Assembly (NCBI RefSeq): GCF_001194135.2
Contig: NC_068982.1
Location: 101,631,119 to 101,675,553 of the forward strand
Length of the DNA stretch: 44,435 nucleotides
Direction of reading: 5' to 3'
Origin: Octopus bimaculoides
Lineage: Eukaryota
Shown: piece by piece, positions 35,767 through 44,435 of the stretch
Layout of the letters: the number at the start of each line of letters is the position of its first letter
Position numbering within the stretch: position 1 is the first letter of the stretch
Notes under the pieces: model-generated
The model's input: the letters and a program-made list of their open reading frames with translations, nothing else
Databases searched by the model: none
Told to the model about the DNA's origin: nothing
Position numbers and translations under genes: made by a program

Positions 35767-36718
35767 ATTTCTTTAATTAGGCATAAGACCTCAATAGAGG
35801 AAGGACAAAATAAAAACAGATAAAACAATACATTGGAGTACATAGAACACATATCGGACGAAATATGATATAATGAAAATGAGAATGAAATGGCTTACCT
35901 ACCCACCAAAACAGATAGTTCCATTTTACTGTTTATGTATCACATATTAACATTACAGTTCATTATTCTTATTTTGCATAGTTTTGGGTTTTAAAAGTCA
36001 TAATTTTGAAATTTTAAATATTTCACTCACTTTCATAGTAAATATCGTATCATATCTTCAAATGCCACAACTGGTGGCATCTCGTCGTATCGAACGTGTA
36101 ACGGCGATATTTCAATTTTTTCATCAAATAGTTCCTTTAACCTTTCACATTTGTCTCTCTCAAGCAAGACCGCCCTGTCGTCCTCGGTACACTCCCTCCC
36201 TGATAACTTGACTCTAATTACATTTTTCATTTTTGTAATCTTCCTCTCGATCTCTACACTCTTTTTATAGGTTATCATCGTTCGAATGTGTTTTCCTCTT
36301 GGTACCACCTCCCCTTTTCCGTCGTTATTCTCTCCTGATGTTCCTGGTATTGATGTCTCATCCTTCTCTCTATCTCTCTCATTCTTTGTTGTGGCTATCT
36401 CTCTCCTCTCTTCCTTTCCTTTCTGCGCACTTCCTCCTCCGTAATTTTCTTTTTTTGTATCTCTAGTCTTCCGCATTGATTCTCCTCTATATTTTCTTTT
36501 CTCTTTTTCTGTGGACTTTTGAGTGGTGACTTAACGTTTTCTTCTCTTTTCTTTCCCTATAATTCACTATTTCACCCATAAATGGGGAAGAAAATTAAAA
36601 AACGGCAACAATAAGTTCAACAGGTAACAACAATTCAATAGTTGATGGTGAAACAAAAACGGTACTCACAAGGAGCGTATACATTTCCAACTCACTAACT
36701 CAAACAAAACACTAACGA
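35767..36718 (-). mobile_element. E4: ORF1-derived element (linker + C-terminal domain + 3' UTR) inserted in a SINE-B head
   Basis: ORF 36033-36476 (ITYKKSVEIERKITK...VKLSGRECTEDDRAVLL...YDEMPPVVAFEDM) aligns with E1 (IVYHEKNVDVDRRINK..VKLPRWDFKEEQKCVLL...FDALPSVIQHKEF). 3' UTR resembles E2. Flanked by a 19-bp imperfect duplication. Confidence 0.75.
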
Positions 36719-37390
36719 CAGCATGCTAACGATTCTGTCAGCTCTCCACCTTAAGAATAATAAAATTTCTTTCTACTATGGGGTATGGGAGCTAGTCGAT
36801 TATATCGGCCCCAATACTCAACAGGTACTTTATTTAATCAACCTTGAAACGATGAAGTACATGTCGACCTCGGCGAAATTGAAAGATGGACGAAATGCCG
36901 TTAAGCATCTTGTCCAGAGTACTAACGATTCTACCAATTTGCAGACTTAGTAATAATAGTGATTTCAAATTTTGGCACAAGGCCAGCAATGTCGGAGGAG
37001 GAAGTAAGTCGATTGCATCAACCCCAGTGCTCGGCTGGTACTTGTTTTATCGACCCTGAGAGGATGAAAGGCAAAGTTGACCTCGGCAGAATTTGAACTC
37101 AGAACATAAAGTCGGACGAAATTCCACTAATCATTTTGTCCGGCAGACTAAGTATTCTGCCAGTTCGATGCTTTAACAATAAGAGTAATAATCCTTTCTG
37201 CTAAAGGCACAAGGCCTGAATTTTGGGGCCGGCAGTAAGTCGATTACATCCCCACCCCTATATTCAACAAGTATTTAATTTATCGACCCCGAAAGGATGA
37301 AAGGCAAAGTCGAACTCGACAGTATTTGAACTCAGAGCATAAAGACGGACAAAATGCCTCCCGGTGCGCTAACGATTCTGCCGGCTCGTG
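36719..37390 (-). mobile_element. Displaced SINE-B head (36719-36752) plus about three further minus-strand SINE-B copies
   Basis: CAGCATGCTAACGATTCTGTCAGCTCTCCACCTT, then units at ~36770-36945, 36960-37175 and 37190-37390. Confidence 0.8.
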
Positions 37391-39899
37391 ATAATGATTT
37401 CTTCATTTACCGCAGGGGCAGCGAATGAGAAACATTGTAGAAAAAAATGCTCAAATAATGGGTGGAGTTACAGAGCATACGGTGGGGGGGGGGACGAAAA
37501 GGGTTCTTACTTACCCTACTACTACTACTACTAATCTGTATTTTTTGGTTTCTTCCCTTGTACGTCTTCTCTTCATCGTCCTCATCATCTGTTTATGCAT
37601 TTTCTTATCATCCGTATTCCTTCATCCATCCCCATCTCTCTTCTCTTCTCTTCCTCCTCCTCCTTCTCCTCCTCCAGGATTCTCCAACCATCCCGAGTAA
37701 GAACGGCGCCTTGAGATGAATGTTGCTGCAGTGGAGTGGCATTTCTGTTAGGGTTAGGTAAAATAAATAAATAAATAAATAAAACTAAAATCTAAGGGTC
37801 GGGGTGGAAAAATAGACTTTACTGATAACAAAAGAGAAAAGATAGTGACGAATGTAGCGGTAGAAGGAAAACGTAGTGAGGGGTGCGGGTGACTAAAAAA
37901 CAGATTAATAAAGTCGGAAGAAGAAGAAGGCTATCAAAAGATAACTGAATAGAGGAGATTAAAAGAAGAGATTTAGCATTTCCCGCTTCTTTTTCGTCTT
38001 CTTCGTCCGTTTATTTTATGTTTAATTATTTTGTTTTTTGCTTTTCTTGGAACAAAATTAGATAAGAGAAGCAGTAAAAAACTTATGCTATTGTAGGCTT
38101 CGGAAATGAGAAAAACTATGTACGTATGTATGTATGTATGGATGGATGGATGGATGGATGTGTGTATGTGTGTGTGCGTTTTCGCGCGCGCGTAGTGTGT
38201 ATTTGCATATATTTGTACACAAGTACAGACAGAAACACACACGCATAGTCACAGACACACACACACATAAATATATGTATATGTGTGTGTGTGTGTTTGT
38301 GTGTGTATGTGCACGCGCGAGTGTGTGTGTGTCTGGACTTCGAGGTGGTTACAGTCAACTAATCAAGTAAATTTTAACCTAACTACATACACAGGAACCA
38401 AACAAATTTGTAATCGAAAAAAATATTCAACTCATTTAACTAAGCAAATTCATACACACATCCATATATATATACATGCACACACACTCATATAATTTTT
38501 GTATTTATACATATGTGAATGTGTGTCTCATATATATATATATATATATATANNNNNNNNNNNNNNNNNNNNNNNNNNNNNNNNNNNNNNNNNNNNNNNN
38601 NNNNNNNNNNNNNNNNNNNNNNNNNNNNNNNNNNNNNNNNNNNNNNNNNNNNNNNNNNNNNNNNNNNNNNNNNNNNNNNTAAGTGCATATATATATCTTT
38701 ATTCTTATATATGTATGTGTCTAGAAAAAAATATAGATGGATATTAAAAAAAAAAAAGACATTGAATATTTCAAAAGACATTTTTTTCAATATTCTGTCT
38801 TTACACCTTTAACAGAGCTTTAAAAGCAAAGAAGCAAAACGTGAACGTTTCAAGTATTCGATAACAGATATAGAAAAAAAAAAACAAAAAAAAAACAGAA
38901 AACACAGAAAAATATATTAAAAGACTTTTTATTTTTGATGCTGCTGTTGCTGTTTTTTTTGTGGTTGTCGTCGTTGTTGTTGTCGTTGTTGTTGTTGTTT
39001 ACTTACTTTAACCCCGACCCAACAAAAAACATTATGAATATCGTTTCGCCCATGTGCCGTTTGTTAGTTATATGCTATGATCTTTATGCCACGAGACTAC
39101 AAGTGTCATGAGTTCGGATCTTATTCAGATTATCAAATTGTTTAGGCTGCGAGTGTAAGATTCGTTCCCGACGGGGGTCGCTAGTTCGTTGCCAGATTAA
39201 ACCTCATGCGCCACTGCTATTCATTTTCAGCTAAAGTAAATCGAAATGAAGTGCCTTGATGAAGGACATAACGCACAGTCCAGTCTAGGAATAGAACTCG
39301 TGATCTGAGCCCATTACCCTAGAAAATTATACCAAACGTCTTCACTCATATCTCTTAGACTGAAGTATTCGCAGTACATTTAGCCCAAGGCTATACATAA
39401 TACAACTAAACAACGACCTAAAATATTTTAGCGAGCATCCTTCTGTTTTTCTTTCTTTCTAAGTCGATTATCTACAACATTGCAAAATATACCCTTTTCT
39501 TTTTAACAAAGTATGATAAAGAATATTTCGCTGATACTGCTATTTCTAGCAAGCTTAGAGATCCACTAAAAGCTATGTCTTAGGTTCAATTAAGCGGTTA
39601 TTTGCTTATGGAGGTGATAAACATTCGTCCGTTCACCAGAAATACGTGTTTGAATAATTTCGAGCTCATTCATTAATGTTATGTAATCTTTACTAATACT
39701 CCATATCTTTTATTGCACATATATATATTATTCTTATTTGTTATTGTTATTTTGCTTAAGTTCCGTTATTACCAAGTACGTGTATCACGAAAGGAGGTCT
39801 AGACATGACCAGCTTTTCTTCAAACAATATGTCTTAAACGTTACATTTTCAAAAAAAGTGATGTGTTATGTTATGGAAATTTTGGTTGATCTTTCCAGC

Positions 39900-40160
39900 A
39901 GCTCTAGTGGCCTCAAAGAGGTCTCTTTCAACGAAATGTATTACAGCCGTTTCTCTAATGAAGAGCAAGGCGACAGTTGGTGAACAAGAGAACGGTCACA
40001 GTCATGACAGACTTTGAAGCCAACTGAGGAAGACGCGCAGGACACACAGCAACTGAGGCCAAGGAGGATGCGCAGTGTCATTTTCAGTAAGCTGATGTCA
40101 GTATGAAAAAGTTGGATGGAGATCATCCGAGGACAAAATAAATCTAGAATCGATGAATTA
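39900..40160 (+). pseudogene. Possible decayed RTE-like LINE 3' remnant
   Basis: FSNEE, GH..DRL, RPRR and SWMEIIRGQNKSR resemble RTE C-terminal motifs (W...AQDR..WR). Weak. Confidence 0.3.
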
Positions 40161-40310
40161 AATAAACTCAGCCCGAATCGTTACATATCCAACGACACAA
40201 CAAAATCTCACTGAAAATAAACTAAGAACAAGTGTAAAAATCCCTCCAGGCGCGCAAATATAAATATGCTTGTGCTGGCATAAAGGAAATATATATAATT
40301 CTTCTTTTAT

Positions 40311-41000
40311 TTGTTTCAGTCTTTAGAAGCAAATAAGCAACTCAATATCCACGAACTCAGATATCCCAAATTACAGAAGGATTTACAACCAAAAGCCCTA
40401 CCATACATCTCCACACACAGCCCTCTTAACAATGAAGCCTTCGACACCATCCTTCAAAACAGACCCTTGCTAAAAAAGGACCACACAATGAACTTAATCC
40501 TCCAAACACACACCATCATAAAAAGTAAGAGACAACCCAAATCTATCGAAAGTCACCAAACAAGCCCGAATACGCTCAACAACAACAGAGGAGCCGTTAG
40601 TAAAAAATGCGGAAGACTTAACTGTGATATATGCATCAATTTAATTGAGGGATCAGAGTTCTTCTTCAAATAGCGACAACGTTTTACTGTGAAATGCAGC
40701 TTTACATGTGCTTCGGAGAACCTGCTATACGCACTAACCTGCTCTGGGTGTCAAGAACAATACATAGGCCAAACAAAAAGCAGTCTACGTAAAAGGATGG
40801 CTCTGCACAGATCCCAGATCAAAATCTCCCGAAATAGAAAAATAGCATTCAGCCAACACATCGACATTTGCGCCAATTACAAATATCCAAGCTTCAGAAT
40901 TTTTCCCTTCTACCAATTCAGGGACGACACAACCTGTAGCCAACGAATTAGTAAAGAGACTCTATTACAAAATACAGACCCCTTTTGAACGCGCCTACAA
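40311..41000 (+). pseudogene. Penelope-like element 3' end: thumb/linker + GIY-YIG endonuclease (Neptune-like)
   Basis: ALPYISTH.P...IIKSKRQPK...KKCGRLNCDIC...F*..FTVKCSFTCASENLLYALTCSGCQEQYIGQT..LRKRM..HRSQI...SKE...KYRPLLN. One internal TAG (40671-40673) and a terminal frameshift. Confidence 0.9.
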
Positions 41001-41024
41001 CATATGACATATCCACCACGGCCT

Positions 41025-41390
41025 TAGAATAACACAGACACACACGCAAATATTAAAAATGACACACTCAAGAGATTCCCAAGAATTCCTTAAAAAAAAC
41101 AGTCCCAATCCATAACGAGCCAATATAGGTCACTTGACCATTTAACATCTTACTACTATCATACCACCTGCATTCCTTCTTACCTCCTTTCTCTTTCTTC
41201 TCCTTCCTAACTTTACTACTACTGCTGTTTAGAATAACACCTACGCAAATTTTATAAATAATACATTCAAAAGAGATGTCTGAAGGATTCAATCACTACT
41301 ACCATCCACAACATGGCACTTTCATGGCACTTGACCATTTAACATACTACTACTATCATGCCACTCCCGCATTCTTTTCCTCCTCCTCCT
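41025..41390. repeat. ~200-bp imperfect tandem duplication downstream of the Penelope ORF
   Basis: TAGAATAACAC...ACGCAAAT and CACTTGACCATTTAACAT..TACTACTATCAT.CCAC each occur twice (~41025/41225; ~41130/41328). Confidence 0.7.
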
Positions 41391-42164
41391 CCTCCTCCTT
41401 CTTCTTCTTCTTCTTCTTCTTCTTCTTCTTCTTCTTCTTCTTCTTCTTCTTCTTCTCCTTCTTCTTCTTCTTCNNNNNNNNNNNNNNNNNNNNNNNNNNN
41501 NNNNNNNNNNNNNNNNNNNNNNNNNNNNNNNNNNNNNNNNNNNNNNNNNNNNNNNNNNNNNNNNNNNNNNNNNNNNNNNNNNNNNNNNNNNNNNNNNNNN
41601 NNNNNNNNNNNNNNNNNNNNNNNNNNNNNNNNNNNNNNNNNNNNNNNNNNNNNNNNNNNNNNNNNNNNNNNNNNNNNNNNNNNNNNNNNNNNNNNNNNNN
41701 NNNNNNNNNNNNNNNNNNNNNNNNNNNNNNNNNNNNNNNNNNNNNNNNNNNNNNNNNNNNNNNNNNNNNNNNNNNNNNNNNNNNNNNNNNNNNNNNNNNN
41801 NNNNNNNNNNNNNNNNNNNNNNNNNNNNNNNNNNNNNNNNNNNNNNNNNNNNNNNNTATTGTATATTCCATATTCTATACCCCACATTAGTTCTGCAGGA
41901 ATATAAATAAAACATAAAAAACAGACAGTGTTGGAACTCTTTTAAGCAAAATAATATATATATATATATATATACTGTTGTGTCTCGGGAGAATCATTTT
42001 CTTATTGTACCTTAACATTTAATACACTCACCGGTAAAATTTCCATTTATTTCTTATTTTTATTTTCCTAAAATGTTCGTTGCGTCTTGTAACCTTTTCA
42101 ATAGTCTTGACTCTGTCCGTTATTTATACTGCGTTCCGTTTTGCTTGTTTGTGGGTCAGTGTCT

Positions 42165-42620
42165 GCCTATGCATGCATGCATGTATGTGTGTATGTGTGC
42201 ATGTATGTGTATGTACATATATGTGTGTATGCATATGTATATATGTATGTATGCGTGTGCATCTGTATGTATGTATTCTGAATATTCATGTGCATGCATG
42301 TCTGTGTTTGTGCATTTTTTATGTATGTGTGTGTTTGTATATGTATGCACGTCTGTCACCTTGCGTATGCATGTCTGAGTGTGTGTGTGTGTGTTTTGCA
42401 ACTATGTACCGTGTTTGTATGTATGGATGTGCATCTCCATATGTGTGGACACGTGTCTCCATGTGTGTCCTTGTGTGAAGTAAAGTGTGTGTGTATATAT
42501 GGTCATATGTTTCAGTCTCCATCTGCGTATGTGTGCTTGTCTGTTCATATAACCTATGTACTAATCCGTTTGTATGTTGATCTGTTTATTTTCATATCCA
42601 TATGCTTACATACATGTGCA
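42165..42620. repeat. Degenerate (TG/TATG)n low-complexity tract
   Basis: Direct inspection. Confidence 0.85.
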
Positions 42621-43654
42621 CATATATATTTGAAAAGGTTGCAAGACGCAACGAAAATTTTAAGGAAATAAAAATAAGAAATTTTACCGTTGAGTGTGTT
42701 AAATTATAAGGCACAAAAAGAAAATGACTATCCCCAGACACAACAGAATATGCTTCAACACACGAACTCACATAAAGAATCTNNNNNNNNNNNNNNNNNN
42801 NNNNNNNNNNNNNNNNNNNNNNNNNNNNNNNNNNNNNNNNNNNNNNNNNNNNNNNNNNNNNNNNNNNNNNNNNNNNNNNNNNNNNNNNNNNNNNNNNNNN
42901 NNNNNNNNNNNNNNNNNNNNNNNNNNNNNNNNNNNNNNNNNNNNNNNNNNNNNNNNNNNNNNNNNNNNNNNNNNNNNNNNNNNNNNNNNNNNNNNNNNNN
43001 NNNNNNNNNNNNNNNNNNNNNNNNNNNNNNNNNNNNNNNNNTAGACACATAATTGTCTTGGTGGCAACCAGTAGCATAGTACCTACTCTCAGGTCATACA
43101 TATTATACACAGATCTCTTAACTTCTCTATGAGGCACAAATAGAACAACGTAATAAAATTACTCATGATACGATTCGTATATACGCTATCGTTGCCATAA
43201 ACTGAAACCATGTCATATTGTAAATTTGGAAATATTGTGGATTCATATACGAAAGCTTTGTGAATTTTACATTAAAGTGCACAACAATCCGGATTTAAAT
43301 TTAAAAAGCAGATTTAGCTAATACAATAGTAATACACATACACATGCATATAAATACATACATACATACATACATACATACATACACATGCATAAATACA
43401 TATGCATACATATATATACTTACACACATATATGCATATAAGTACATGTGTATATATATATGTAGATATGTATATATGAATATATCTGCATTTGTGTGTT
43501 CAAATATATCAAAATATTTACATCCAAGTATGCGAAAGTTTCCAGTGAATCTAAATATGACATGAAAGCTCAATGCCATACCAAAATACGAACTGTGTAC
43601 AGAGAAAAACACGAGAAAATATGACAAGAATGATAAATATATTAATACATATAC

Positions 43655-44010
43655 TTAGGAGTGGTTATGTATTAAGTAGCTTGCTTACCAACCACAACCG
43701 CTGTTCCGGGCTCAGTCCCACTGCGTGGCACCTTGGGCAAATATCTTCTACTATAGCCTGGGTTTCGTAGACTGAAACTGAAGGACGGTCGGAGGTGACA
43801 GTTTGTGTGTTTTTGCTTGTCTCCCCACCATCGTTTGACAACCGTTGTTATGGTGTTTACGTCCCCGTCACTTAGAGGTTCGGTAAAAGAGGCCTATAGA
43901 ATAAGTACTAGGCTTACAAAAATAAATATCTTGGAGTCGATTTGTCCCACTAAAGGCGGTGCTCAAGCATGGCCGCAGTCAAATGACTGAAACAAATAAA
44001 AGAATAAAAT
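43655..44010 (+). mobile_element. SINE-A, near full length, diverged
   Basis: AGGAGTGGTTATGTATTAAGTAGCTTGCTTACC...CAGTCCCACTGCGTGGCACCTTGGGC...GGCGGTGCTCAAGCATGGCCGCAGTCAAATGACTGAAAC. Confidence 0.9.
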
Positions 44011-44039
44011 AAATATATATATATAATGTGATTTAAAGG

Positions 44040-44393
44040 ATGTGGTGTTTAAATGTATAGTGACATTAATGGATGGGAATAAATTTAATGGTTATGATTT
44101 AAATAAGATTTACATAGGATCGACTTCGAATAAAATTGAATTGCGTGCGGCTCAACACATAAATTTCTTTAGTAAATATATTTGGGAACTAAAATCTAAA
44201 AATATTAAGTAATTTTAAATTGGGAAATAGTTTGTAAAGCGAAATCTTATCGTATAGGTAGTAATTTTTGTATGTTGTGTACTACGGAATTTAAGGAGAT
44301 ATTATTAAATAATAATAATACTTTGATTAACTACTTTGATAACTTTAACATTAAATGTAGGCATAAATTAATTGTTTGTATAAGTTTAACTAA

Positions 44394-44395
<2 letters not shown>
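44040..44395 (+). pseudogene. Second, different Penelope-like GIY-YIG endonuclease remnant (possibly Naiad-type)
   Basis: Not in the ORF track: DVVFKCIVT...KIYIGSTS..IELR..QH...SKYIWELKSKNI / WEIVCKAKSY.IGSNFCMLC..E...ILL....LIN......KCRHK, with one frameshift and an internal deletion. Confidence 0.75.

Positions 44396-44435
<40 letters not shown>

Noticed and set aside
40671-40673. In-frame stop in the Penelope ORF as possible selenocysteine recoding
   Set aside because: The codon is TAG, not TGA; simple inactivation is more likely.
26394-43137. Many long ORFs in the six-frame track (poly-YI, CV, HT, L, T, X runs)
   Set aside because: Read-through of microsatellites and N gaps; no coding evidence.
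43655-43740. tRNA-like sequences (also 9861-9912 and all SINE heads)
   Set aside because: They lack complete cloverleafs and continue into SINE bodies; not tRNA genes.

Overview
AT-rich eukaryotic draft-assembly DNA with many N gaps and microsatellites. The SINE/microsatellite landscape looks like an octopus (coleoid cephalopod) genome; this is from recollection, not a search. I could not support any host protein-coding exon, and most listed ORFs are microsatellite read-throughs. The window is a transposable-element graveyard. It holds two abundant tRNA-derived SINE families: SINE-A (head GGCGCAGGAGTGGCTGTGTGGTAAG) and SINE-B (head GGCGGCGAGCTGGCAGAATCGTTAGC). It also holds a ~540-bp (AAT)n-flanked repeat, remnants of CR1/Jockey-like, RTE-like, HERO and L1/Tx1 LINEs, two Penelope-like GIY-YIG remnants, a DD37D (maT) transposase pseudogene and two MITE-like elements. 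Best signal 1: a family of ORF1-only (zinc-knuckle, no RT) L1/Tx1-like elements (E1 2260-4724, E2 11705-12706, E3 12723-13564, E4 35767-36718). E2/E3 and E4 split the A-box/D-arm of tRNA-derived SINE heads with 15-19 bp target-site duplications. A SINE-B subfamily carries the same 3' tail and sits at the same A-box site, suggesting a SINE-head-targeting retrotransposon system. Best signal 2: a tRNA-headed SINE-like element ending in a minimal Penelope-type hammerhead ribozyme, present as a head-to-head palindrome (9710-10100). All alignments were done by eye; coordinates of decayed elements are approximate.
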